Below are positions 14,011 to 26,510 of a stretch of 64,000 nt of DNA, in pieces; the stretch's first letter is position 1, and each line of letters starts with the position of its first letter. The notes beneath the pieces are model-generated. The model was not told the origin of the DNA, did not search any database, and was given only the letters and a program-made list of their open reading frames with translations. Origin of the DNA: Podarcis cretensis (lineage: Eukaryota); assembly GCA_951804945.1 (NCBI GenBank), contig OX638158.1:41540001-41604000 (forward strand), in the 5' to 3' direction. The position numbers and the translations under genes were made by a program.

Positions 14011-14527
14011 GTGTTACGCTGAACTAACTCCAAGAAGTGAATAATGGATCCTTTACTTTTCTCATACCACAAAAAAAATTAATTGCAGCTATAGATGCAT
14101 ACACCGAGGTCAAAATAAAGACTTTTCACTGCAGGTTTGTTATGTTGTAGAAAACAAAACACTCCACTGGATAAATGAAAATGTGGAGTCAAGGGATAAT
14201 TATGTCTGTCAACATTTTTGAGTGGCTTCACAATTCCTATCTCAGAACAATGCTGTAAGAATCGGAGTAAGAAATACGACTCAGCCCAGAGTCAGCTTCC
14301 GTGACTCAGCAGGGATCCAAACCTGAACCTCCCACTCCATTCACTTCCCCACACTTCCCCTTGCATGTCTGTTCAAGCATTTAACAAATACATACAGGAT
14401 TTAAGGCCTATGAAAGTGAGCAGCTCCTAACAGTTAAACGTTCGTGCCAGGGTGTCTATTTATCTTAAGCAACTATAGAGAGTTTTTCTCTACTGGCATA
14501 ATATATGTTGCTCCCTTACACCCCATT

Positions 14528-15329
14528 ATGCCCAATATCAACAACCTCAGATATACAGATGACACAACATTGATTGCAGAAAGTGAGGAAGAATTAAAGA
14601 ACCTCTTAATGAGGGTGAGAGAGGAGAAAGCAAAATATGGTCTGAAGCTCAACATCAAAAAAACTAATATCATTGCCACTGGTCCCATCACCTACTGGCA
14701 AATAAAAGGGGAAGAAATGGAGGCAGTGAGAGATTTTACTTTCTTGGGCTCCCTGATTACTGCAGATCATGATCACTGTCACAAAATTAAAAGACGCCTG
14801 CTTCTTGGGAGAAAAGTGATGACAAACCTAGACAGCATCTTATAAAGCAGAGACATCACCTTACCAACAAAGGTCCGTATAGTTAAAGCTATGGTTTTCC
14901 CAGTAGTGATGTATGGAAGAGAGAGCTGGACCATAAAGAAGGCTGATCGCCGAAGAATTGATGCTTTTGAATTGTGGTGCTGGAGGAGACTCTTGAGAGT
15001 CCCATGGACTGCAAGAAGATCAAACCTCTCCATTCTTAAGGAAATCAGCCCTGAGTGCTCACTGGAAGGACAGATTGTGAAGCTGAGGATCCAATACTTT
15101 GGCCACCTCATGAGAAGAGAAGACTCCCTGGAAAAGACCCTGATGTTGGGAAAGATGGAGGGCACAAGGAGAAGGGGACAACAGAGGACGAGATGGTTGG
15201 ACAGTGTTCTTGAAGCTACCAGCATGAGTTTGACCAAACTGCGGGAGGCAGTGGAAGACAGGAGTGCCTGGCGTTCTCTGGTCCATGGAGTCACGAAGAG
15301 TCGGACACGACTAAACAACAACAACAACA
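14528..15329 (+). mobile_element. BovB (RTE-clade) LINE 3' fragment
   Basis: NINNLRYTDDTTLIAESEEELK RT segment, MVFPVVMYGRESWTIKKADRRRIDAFELWCWRR...HGVTKSRTRL, (CAA)n tail. Confidence 0.92.
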
Positions 15330-16478
15330 CTATGATGTGCTGTGCTTGCTGTAAAATAGTATAAATGAGTGGGGCAATGTTAATGTACTATTGTGAGTTG
15401 TGGTGCAGGGGGAGAGTAGGCTGTTTGCTGAGACCCTTCTAACCCCTGGATCCAGCAGCTGTTAAAATATAAGCCAGGCTAGCTTCCTGGTGAGATGATA
15501 GCCTAGGTAATGGGCCATTAAGGGAACAAAGGAAATGGGTCTGTGCCAGACGAGAAATGGATGGGCTCTCTCCTTCAACTGACCGGTAGTTTAAAAGAAA
15601 TGGCCAGGGTTGAGATTTGCATGAGGTGAGCTAGGAGTTGGAAGGAAAGCTGCAGACTGGGAAGCCAGAGAGAGTCAGAGCTTGATTTCTGTTTGAATCC
15701 AAGGCTGCGACTATGGGGGAAGCAACAGGAGCAAACTGCAATCCAGGAAAAACCTGAGTTGCTGTTTGTTGCACTTCAGCTTTAAAGAGTGGGTTTTCAC
15801 GGGGAAAGCTCTAGGGCAACAAAAAGAGTGCTCAGACATGGAGCTTCTCAGTATGGGCCTGTGCATGGAAAGAGCAGGGCAAAAGGTGTGGATAAGCCCT
15901 CTCTTTATTCACCTCTCCTCAAGTCTGTTTCTGCAGTCATGAATGTGGGAAATACATTCCAAAAGGTTACAAGAGGGAGTTTGTTACATGAGTGCTGGCA
16001 TTGGATACAACCCCTTTTGATCAAATACAGAAACTCAAAATGTTAATAAAAAACGTTAGTTTTTTGCATATCTGTTCATGTTTTGAAATGCAGTTGTGCA
16101 ACTAATTTCAGCATCGGTTACATACTGCACTGTGATATGTTTCTTTAATCTGACGGTTTAAGTAGTTCCATTTAACAATATTTCAATGTCCTAAAATGTC
16201 TTAGTTTGGACACAACAAAGGTGAGTGGAACAATTTGCCATCTTGGAAAATTTGCATGAGAGTTCAGTAGATATTAATCACATTTATACTTTATTCCCCT
16301 TTATGTTCTCTGCAATAATATCATGGAAAACTGCCAAACAGAGTCACCATAAACCTTCAAGTACGGTGAAACCTGCCTGTGTCATTATCATTTTGAACTA
16401 GAATTATGGTGCCGGTGACCTTCAGGTGAAAATGAGCTAACTTTCTTTATATATATATATATATATTGAATCCAATAG

Positions 16479-16667
<189 letters not shown>

Positions 16668-17062
16668 TGACTCAGCATATATTTCTTAAGCTTTGTCATG
16701 TATGCCTACACTAGACTAGTTCCCTCATTCTCTTGGCATATGTAACATAATAGTGTTTCCAGGGTGCCATTTTATATTCTTCCAAGGTCATGACAGAGGC
16801 ACCAGGCCTCACACCCTGAATGGTGGTGGAGATTTCCATGGGACTTATGCAGGGCCATGGGGCCCTTCCAGGAAGTCAAACCCAGTTGATTCAGGCTAGT
16901 TGCATACTGTAAGTTGTTTATATTCCTTTTAGGCCCAGAGAGACAGAGAGAGATGGCGGAGGGGAGCAGGAGATGGAGAGAAAATCTCTGATGCTGTCCC
17001 CAAAGCAGTCATCAAGCTACATTTACGCATCCAAGTTGAACTAAATATTCTCACTACATTTA

Positions 17063-20000
17063 TTTTTTTTAAAAAAAATTAAATAATATTTATTAAAGTT
17101 TTGAAAGTTACAGGGGAAAAAAGAAAAAGAATTAAACATAACAAAACCATACAATACAATACAATAAAAAGACAAAAATACTACATATACATAACAAACA
17201 TAAAACAAAAACAATTAAAAAAAACAAAAAAACCACATCCAATGCTTTCAATGTTATTAACTTTCTTTTACTTGTTTCAGCGACCTCCTCACACCTCCCT
17301 TTTTTGTATTCCACTTCGATTAATTGTTTCAGCAAATCCTTTCCATCTTCCTCAATTTTCTGTCCTATCATTTAACTTAACAAATTCTAACATTATTTTT
17401 TCCTTTAATCCATTTACAATCTATTGTACTTAATTCTTTATAACATTTCTGCTAAAGCCATGTAACTTCACTCCAACATCTTTCTAACATTCCTTAATTT
17501 TACAATATTTCTGTAGATAATCTTTAAATTTCTTCCAATCTTCTTCCACCATCTCTTCTCCCTGGTCTCGGATTCTACCAGTCATTTCCGCCAATTCCAT
17601 GTAGTCCATCAACTTCAACTGCCACTCTTCCCGGGTGGGTAAATCTTGAGTCTTCCAATACTTTGCGATGAGTATTCTTGCTGCTGTTGTTGCATACATA
17701 AAAAATGTTCTATCCTTCTTTGGCACCAATTGGCCGACCATGCCCAGGAGAAAGGCCTCTGGTTTCTTCAGGAATGTATATTTAAATACCTTTTTCATTT
17801 CATTATAAATCATCTCCCAGAATGTCTTAATCCTTGGGCATGTCCACCAAAGGTGAAAGAATGTACCTTCAGTCTCATTACATTTCCAACATTTGTTTTC
17901 GGGCAAATGATAATTTTTTGCAAGCTTGACTGGTGTCATGTACCACCTGTAAATCATTTTCATTAAATTCTCTCTTAGGGCATTACATGCCATATATTTC
18001 ATACCTGTGGTCCATAACTGTTCCCAGTCAGCCATCATAATGTTATGTCCAACATCTTGTGCCCATTTAATCATAGCAGATTTCACCATTTCAACAGCAA
18101 GTTATACATTCTTGACAAGTTCTTAGTTTTGGGATCTAACAATTCTGTTTCCAATTTTGATTTTTCCACCTGGAAGCCCAGTTTTTTATCTGTGTTATAT
18201 ACCTCCATTATTTGGTAGTAATGGAGCCAATCTCGCACTCTATTTTTTAATTTTTCAAAACTCTGCAATTTTATTCTGTCTCCATCTTGTTCCAAAATTT
18301 CCCAATATTTCGGCCATTTGGCCTCCATATTGAGTTTTTTCTGAGCCTTCGCTTCCATTGGTGACAACCATCTTGGGGTTTTACTTTCTAACAGATCCTT
18401 GTATCTCATCCAAACATTAAACAGTGCTTTTCTAACAATATGGTTTTTAAACGCTTTGTGTGCTTTGACCTTGTCGTACTACAAATATGCATGCCAACCA
18501 AATACATTGTTAAAACCTTCCAGATCCAGCACATCAGTGTTTTCAAGAAGCAGCCATTCTTTCAGCCAGCAAAATGCAGCTGATTCATAATAAAGTTTAA
18601 GGTCTGGCAGGGCAGATCCACCTCTTTCTTTAGCATCAGTTAATATCTTAAATTTTATTCGAGGCTTCTTGCCCTGCCAGACAAATCTAGAAATATCTCT
18701 CTGCCACCTCTTGAAACAGTCCATTGTGTCTAGAATTTGCAATGTTTGAAACAAAAACAGCATCCTTGGCAATACATTCATTTTTATCACTGCAATTCGG
18801 CCTAACAATGATAGTTTCAAATTTGACCATATTTCTAAATCCTTTTTCACTTCAGTCCAACATTTTTCATAGTTATCCTTAAATAGATTCACATTCTTGG
18901 CAGTCATGTTTACCCCTAAGTATTTCACTTTCTTAACCAATGTTAATCCTGTCTCCTTCTGAAACTAATCTCTCTCAATCACAGTTAGATTTTTCTCTAA
19001 AACCTTAGTTTTCGTCTTGTTCAACTTAAAACCTGCTACCTGACCAAATTCTTGAATCAATTCCAATACCCTTTTAGTACTAGATTCTGGCTCCTGTAAA
19101 GTCAATACCAAATCGTCAGCAAAAGCTTTCAGTTTGTACTGTTTAGCTCCCACTTGTATACTTTTAACCAATTGGTCCTTTCTAATCATATTTAGCAGAA
19201 CCTCCAGGACCGATATAAAAAGTAATGGAGAGATTGGGCAACCTTGTCGTGTCCCTTTCTCAATCTTGAACTCTTCTGTCACTACATTGCTCACAATTAA
19301 TTTTGCCTTTTGTTCTGAATAAATTGCACCTATACCATTTTCAAAACCTTGACCTACCCCCATCCCCTGTAAATTCTTCTTCATAAAACTCCAAGAAATA
19401 TTGTCAAAGGCTTTCTCCACATCCACAAATATCAGAACTACTTTAGTATTAATATTCACTTGTAATTTTTCTAAAATATTAATTGTGCTCCTCGTGTTTC
19501 AGACAAATGTCTGCCTGGGAGGAAGCCCGCTTGATCTTTATGAATTTCTTCTACAAGCACCTTTTTAAATCTCTTAGCCAAAATATCTGCAAAAATTTTG
19601 TAATCCACATTAAGCAGCAATATGGGGCGGTAATTCTTAAGTTGTGTCTTTTCAGTCTCTGTTTTTGGTATAAGGGTGCTGTAAGCTTCCTTCCACGACT
19701 CTGGTGCTCTTTTCCCTTCCAATATTTCATTACAGACTTCCTTCAATGGTTGTATTAGCCATTCTTTCAAGGATCTGTAGTATCTTGAAGTCAAACCATC
19801 TGGTCCTGGAGATTTACCCAATTGCATGTTCTGTATGGCCCCTTCCACTTCCTGATCCGTTATTTTATAATTCAACATTAACTTGTTTTCCTGAGAGATT
19901 TTCTGTAGTCCATTTATTTTCAGAAATCGATCAATGTCCATTTCTTTCTGCTTCTCCTGTGTGTATAGTTGTTTAAAGTACCTCTGGAAGCACTTTCTGA

Positions 20001-20912
20001 TCTCAACTGGGTTCTGTATATTCTTTCCTTCCACTTCCAAATTCGTAATAGTGTTAAGTTTTTGTCTTTTTTTTAATTGCCAAGCCAACAATTTTCCACA
20101 CTTATTTGCCATTTCAAATGTCTTTTGTCTCATTTGTTTGATCTTCCATTCTATTTCCTGATTCATCATTTTCATATATTGTACTTGATATAACTTTATC
20201 TCTTTCAGGATCTCCTGTGATTTCTGTTTTGCTCTCAGTTTCTTCTCTCCTTCCTTTATTTTCTCCAGGATTTTATCTTTTTTTTCATTCAGGGTTCTCT
20301 TCTTAATTGCATTCTGTTGTATCAGAAATCCTCTCATAACCACTTTACTTGCGTCCCAGATCACTCTTTTTTCCACTGTAGTATTCATATTTATCTCAAA
20401 ATAGTCTCTCAAGGTTTTTGGGGCCTTCTTAATCACTTCTTCATTCCTAAACAAAGTATCATTCATCCTCCATATGAAGGAACCAATTGGCATCAATTTC
20501 ATTTCCATCTTCACAGCATTATGATCAGAACAAGTCTTGGGGCAAATTTCCACTTTGCTGGTCTTCGGAACCAGTCCTCTAGTTACCCAAATTTGGTCAA
20601 TTCTTGTCCATGTCATTTTGGCCTCAGAGAAGAAAGTTCCCTCTCTTCCCAGAGGGTTCTTCGTTCTCCAGATATCAGCTAAATCCATATTTTCAGTCAT
20701 GTCAAAAAAGGTTTTTGGTAGTCTACCATCTTTGGTAACTACCTGTCTCTGAGCCTTGTCCATATTTGTGGACACCACTCCATTCATATCTCCCATCAAG
20801 ATCATATTGTAATCCATATAGTCCAACAGAGTCTCATGTAGCTTCTTAAAAAAATCCGATTTTCCTTCATTTGGTGTGTAAATGCCTACTATCAAAAATT
20901 TCTCTCCTTGTG
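17063..20912 (-). mobile_element. 5'-truncated L1-clade LINE with frameshifted ORF2, 3' UTR, A-rich tail and 18-bp TSD
   Basis: ORF2 split over five ORFs (19471-20922, 18965-19459, 18479-18940, 18083-18409, 17484-18089 with C-terminal CWKC...HLWWTC); TSD ATATTCTCACTACATTTA at 17045-17062 and 20913-20930. Confidence 0.93.
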
Positions 20913-22355
20913 ATATTCTCACTACATTTAAAGCACATTTATACTACTTCAACAGTCATGGCTTCCCCTAAAGACCCAGGGAGCTACAGTTTACAACTCA
21001 CAGACTTATAATTCCCAGTACCCCTTACAAACCACAGTTCCCATAAATCTTTGTGGGAAGTTACATACTTTAAATGTATGGTGTGGGTGTGACTGCCTGA
21101 TCCAAAAATGTGCGGTCATTTCAAACAGTTTAAAAACCTATCAGTCAACTGTATGGGAGGAAAGGAGGTGAGAGGAGGGGTTTAACCCTATCCTTGTTCC
21201 CCTTCCCAAGCAACTGATCAGCAGAATGTTAATATTTTTGAAAGGACACCCATATTCATGTATGGATACAGGGGCACCTAGGCTTGCCATACGTCAGGAA
21301 AATTCCTGACATATCCTGGTTTTCTGGTGTAAAAATGATGTCGGAGGAATTTTGCCAAATCGGCAAAATGTCAGGGGAAACCCAGTTACAGAATATGGCA
21401 ATGTGATGGAAAAAGCAGCAGAAACAGCTCCATAACCTTAAAGTCACTATTTTGGGGGAAGGTTTCTCCAAAGAAGCTCAACAATCTTGGAGGTTTCCTA
21501 AGAAAATCTCAACAACTTTGCGGGTGTCAGGAATTTTATTGTCTCTTATTTCCACTATGAGTAACTGAGGGCAATGCTATGCGAACACATTTAAACATTT
21601 TAAATGTCCCTGGAAGTTTTTGGGTTTTCTGCTGAACTTAAACGTTGTAGCTGGGACTTACATAATGAGCATTACTAGCAGTAGTCTTTGGAGATTATTA
21701 TGGTTTATAGACTAATTTCACTTTCCAGTATTTGAGACTGATAAAAAAAAAACTATTAGGGAAGTGGTGACGCCTTGTTTTCTCAAACTACTTTAATTGA
21801 TGAGAAATGAACTTGAACTTTCTGCAAGCAATTAATCAGAAACATCCTATGTATTGTACATTTTGTGTTTTAAACTCAGAATTGAAATTGAAGGATTTTC
21901 TCTGGCGGTTTGGGTGACGCAAGGTATGTTACGAAGCAACTGGTAAGCGTTGAATCTGCACTAAGGTGATTGCCTGCTTATTTCTGAGTGATTCACCAGA
22001 CCTTCTGAACTGCTACAAACCTTCCAAAAGTGGATTGAATGCTGGCGCGTTGAATTATTGATCATAAATCCATCCGGCCCATGGAATCAGTCTGAGTGCA
22101 ACATGCAGCAACAATGTAACCACAACTTCATTTGCAGATTCAGCACTCTCCAATTGCCCAGTAAGCCATGTCCAAACCAACTAATGGGATATGTCTGAAG
22201 GTTCATTGGTTATTCCCCCCCTACCCAACCCAATAGAGATTTGGGGATCTGGGTATGTGGTGATGTTTCTTACATGACTGGTCAAGTTAACCATAGGCCA
22301 TTATTCAACAAACGGCTTCTAAAGCAGACTTGTTCGGAATCTTGAAAGTTAAAAA

Positions 22356-22802
22356 TAGTGGTAGCTTGGTTCTCAAACTTAATCCGTTCCAGAAGTCCAT
22401 TCCAAAACCAAAGTGTTCCCAAACCAAGGAGCTCTTTTCCATTGAGAGTAATGCAAAATGGGCTAATCCATTCCAGACTTTTAAAAACAACCCCAAAAAA
22501 GCAATTTAACATGAATTTTACTATCTAACAAGACCATTGATCCATAAAATGAAAGCAATAAATAATGTACTACAGTCACACAATCAATCAGTAGTTGAAC
22601 TGGGTTCCACACAGTCACAAAAAAGAGCCACAAAAATGCAAAATAAATAGCAAAAACAGACAGACCTCTGCGTAACACTCAAAACAGAGCATGTTTTACT
22701 TTCAAAAAAAGTTTGCAAACCAGAACACTTACCTCTGGGTTTGCAGTGTTTGGGTTCCAAGTTGTTTGAGTACCAAAACATTCGAGAACCAAGATACCAC
22801 TG
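22356..22802. mobile_element. Tc1/mariner MITE
   Basis: AGTGGTAGCTTGGTTCTC ... GAGAACCAAGATACCACTG|TA. Confidence 0.78.
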
Positions 22803-23040
22803 TATAGCAAATGGATGGACTCAATTAATTTATGTGTGGGTGCAGCAGCTTCATATGGAGAAACTACCCAAGTCTTGCTAGAGCCCTTTCTTCCCCAGTT
22901 CCTTTTAGCCATAAAAACTGCACGGCAATACACCCAAGCCACACAATGGGGTATATGTGCCTCAAGTGCTCCCATCTATTTATTATTTCAAGTTCTAGAG
23001 CTCAAATAATTTGAATGGTACAATTTTTTTCTTCTTCTAG

Positions 23041-23115
23041 GTAAGGGAACGACTGAGGGTTTCTTTAGAAAGAGTCTCAGCACTTGAGGAGGAACTAGCA
23101 GCTGCTAATGAGGAG
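23041..23115 (+). CDS. PPFIA2: Liprin-alpha-2 coding exon (VRERLRVSLERVSALEEELAAANEE)
   Basis: ttctag|GTAAGG...GAG|gtaaat; 75 nt, phase 0/0. Confidence 0.93.
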
Positions 23116-24654
23116 GTAAATACAGAACTTTTCTCTGTCTTGTATGATGTAACTTTTTAATCATATCATTTTGTGGATTAACATTAGATTTACAACCTGT
23201 GTAGATACTGCTTTGCTTCTATTCTGAAAATTTAGGCAATCCTGCTACTTTTAAAGGGGTATGATTTTTGTTTTTTGTTTTTTTCTGGGGAGGGGGTTAC
23301 CTTAAGCTGTTAGAAACCCACAGCATCGAAGATAGCAGGAAAGTTTAAAAAACGAATTGTGACACTTAGGTTACAATTGAAGAGCATGGGTTTATACAGC
23401 TTTTTCAATACATTCACTGCAAAACTCGCTGTCTTCAGTCACAAGGTGGTGGAGTGAGCTTCCTCCCCTCCCTCCGTCAGCACCACCAGACAGAAAAACA
23501 TCTTAGGACATTAAATTCAATGCTCATTTATTGTCACAATCATGCAATTTCTCCCTCCTATTTTTGAAGATGGGAAGAGCCATTTGAGCTGGACCTCCAG
23601 CCATTGCGGAGTGTTCAGTTCACACTGCTATCTACATGGTAGCAGTGAGGGAGCAAGTTTGCTACGCCACTCTATGAGCAGGGATGCTGTCCCAGCAAAT
23701 GTATGAACAAGAGCACTCCTCTGTTCCTGCTGTTTGCAAAGTGGTCCTTTTACTGAAGTGTTTAAAAATTGTTTCTTTGCTTGATTCCATGAGTACATAC
23801 ATTACGTCCTCTAACAGTGAACTCAGGTGCTAAGTACCAGTAAAAACTGAGCCAAAAATGGGGCTACTGAGAAATAAGAGGAAGATCTCTGCAGGCTTGG
23901 GAGAATATTGAGGTTTGGAGAAGCACAAGAAAGCATTTATTAAATAAATCAAGGGGGCAAAACACAACCTAATGAGAACTGAGCATGTTCAGTGGCTGCA
24001 GTATGTAGAGTATCAGGTGAAGAAGAAAAGTGGAGAACAGAGGAGTGAGGAAAGTGGAATGCTCTGTTTTGAAGGAATAGCTGGACAGGAGCACTCCTAT
24101 TAAGAGGAAGGAGACACTGCAATATTCTGTTGAAAAATCCCAGTTGTGTCTCCTGTCTAAGGAGTATTCCTGCCTAAGGTTCCAGCTAGCTGTTCATAAT
24201 ATCTGGGCATTGCTCCTATTGTTCTCAGAGAGTTACTAATTGTTTAACCAAGGAAGGAATCCAGGCACAACAGAAATGAAGAGGGAAGAATGGGGGGAAG
24301 CTACAAAAATTGCTGCTTACCAGTTTTACTATTTTTATCTTCCTCCACACCTGCAGTGTACTGATGATTTGAAATATATGTTAAAACAGTACCCTGCTAA
24401 GTATCCAATGTTTGAAGTCTATTCTGGCAAAGCCACTTGGTCTGCCTTTTTTCTGTGCAGCTGAATATTTTTTCTTCACAAAACCTTGATCCCTCATAAC
24501 TGCCTCGGTGTATTTCTTAGCGTGGGATTTTCATTTCACCTTCCTGGATCATAATTACAGATTATATGTCACCAGTTTTTGTTAACAATAGGTATTGCAA
24601 TAGTACTAGCAAGGAGCACAAACTTTATTAGTGCATTTTAAAAATAATAATATA

Positions 24655-24896
24655 CAGTGGTACCTCGGGTTAAGTACTTAATTCGTTCCAGAGGTCCGTA
24701 CTTAACTTGAAACTGTTCTTAACCTGAAGCACCACTTTAGCTAATGGGGCCTCCTGCTGCTGCTGCGATGCTGGAGCCCGATTTCTGTTCTTATCCTGAA
24801 GCAAAGTTCTTAACCTGAAGCACTATTTCTGGGTTAGTGGAGTCTGTAACCTGAAGCATATGTAACCTGAAGCGTATGTAACCCAAGGTACCACTG
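24655..24896. mobile_element. Tc1/mariner MITE (multi-copy family)
   Basis: TA|CAGTGGTACCTCGGGTTA ... TAACCCAAGGTACCACTG|TA. Confidence 0.88.
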
Positions 24897-25121
24897 TAGT
24901 ACTAAATATCTAAAAACCTTCTACAGATCACAAGATTTGAGAGATTTGAATTCTAACTAGGACATTTATGTAGAGGCAGAAAATAATAACACCCCCCCCC
25001 CTTCAGTCCAGTTTAAAATTAATCCCGTAAAGCCTGATTAACTACCTGGACATGCAGGGAATGTCCAGAAATTAACCTATCTCTCCCCACAAAATTGCAA
25101 TCTGGCTATTTAGGCCCCTTT

Positions 25122-25612
25122 TTGTCATGACCCCAGAGTCCAGCAGAGCAAGAGGCTGTAGAGTCTCCAGCTAAGGAGCAAGACCCGGTCCAAGCTTCTA
25201 AGTCTCCTGCTGGAGATCAGGAGGCAACTAATCCTGTTACATATCATCTTGGGACATCCCAGAATGATCAAAATGAGCTCCAAGGAAAATGGGCACAGTT
25301 CCCTGAGGAACCTAGTGCCTCCCACTGTTCCTCACTGGATCAGCAGTGCCAGGGATGTGCCAGGATGAAGGCTATGGAATTGAGGAGTCTTCATTTTTAC
25401 TCCAGAATGTTGGCCATTTAAGGCTCTAAAGTAATCCACAAGATAGTGGACCCTGAGAAGAGAGAGCCTGGGGGCAGGTTCTTAAAAAGACCCCGACTGC
25501 TCTCAAGCTTCATCAGGGCAAATTACTCACTCAGAGCTATCCATGGTCCTGCAACGTCTGACCTGCCTTTCCATCTTCTCCAAGGAATCTGGCATCAGAC
25601 CTAAATGTAACA
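25122..25612. mobile_element. Possible solo LTR
   Basis: TGTCATGA ... TGTAACA termini; flanks CTTTT / CATTT. Confidence 0.35.
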
Positions 25613-25749
25613 CATTTGTACAAACTAAACTATGTTACTGGGCACTGGTAAGAGCACACTATATCTTCCCAGTGCAATGTGGGTCCTCCTTGCCATCCGT
25701 CGCTCATTAGTTTGTTTATTGTTGTTTATTATTTATTTATTTATCTGCC

Positions 25750-25890
25750 TTGGTAGCTCAGTCACTAGAGCATGAGACTCTTAGGGTTGTGTGTTCAAGC
25801 CCCATGTTGGACAGAATATTCCTGCATTTCAGGGGATTGGACTAGATGATACTTGAGGTCCCTTCCAACTCTACAATTCTATGATTCGAT
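25750..25890 (+). mobile_element. tRNA-derived SINE with CR1-like tail
   Basis: GGTAGCTCAGT..AGAGC..GTTCAAGCCCC head; TTGGACTAGATG...GGTCCCTTCCAACTCT...ATTCTATGATTC CR1-type 3' end. Confidence 0.7.
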
Positions 25891-26159
25891 GACTATTATA
25901 CCCTGCCTACTAAGTGAAGTTTTTGAAGTAGTTTCCAGTATGTTGAAAATACAGCACTAGATGTTAATTCCTTAACAGCCCAGAGGCCCCGCACCGGGCT
26001 GCTGTTGATGTTTCTCGTAAGTCTCCTCCATCCTCCAATGTTCTAGCTACTGCTCTGCAGCTGAATCTCCTTGCCAGGAATTAGTCCCAGATGTTAGTCC
26101 CTCACAAGTCAGATGTTAGCCCGGGTTTCTTCATTGGGCTGCTGCTAATGTCTACGTGT

Positions 26160-26510
26160 CAGTGGGTGGTTTTGCTCTAAACCACTGAGCCTCTTGGGCT
26201 TGCCGATCAGAAGGTCAGCAGTTCAAATCCCCATGATGGGGTGAGCTTCCATTGCTCAGTCCAAGCTCCTGCCGACCTAGCAGTTCAAAAGCATGCCAGT
26301 GCAAGTAGATAAATGGGTACCACTGCGGCGGGAAGGTAGACAGCATTTCCGTGCACTCTGGTTTCCATCACAGTGTTCCATTGTGCCAGAAGTTGTTTAG
26401 TCATGCTGGCCACATGACACTGAAAGCTGTCTGTGGACAAACACCAGCTCCCTCAGCCTCAAAGCGAGATGAGTGCCACATCCCATAGTCACCATTGACT
26501 GGACTTAACC
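26160..26510 (+). mobile_element. Sauria-type SINE
   Basis: CTAAACCACTGAGC head, GTTCAAATCCC B-box-like motif, GTGCAAGTAGATAAAT core. Confidence 0.85.

Noticed and set aside
14779-15330. 183-aa minus-strand ORF
   Set aside because: Antisense frame of the BovB fragment.
15392-15790. Purine-rich possible solo LTR
   Set aside because: Could not define both termini or a TSD.
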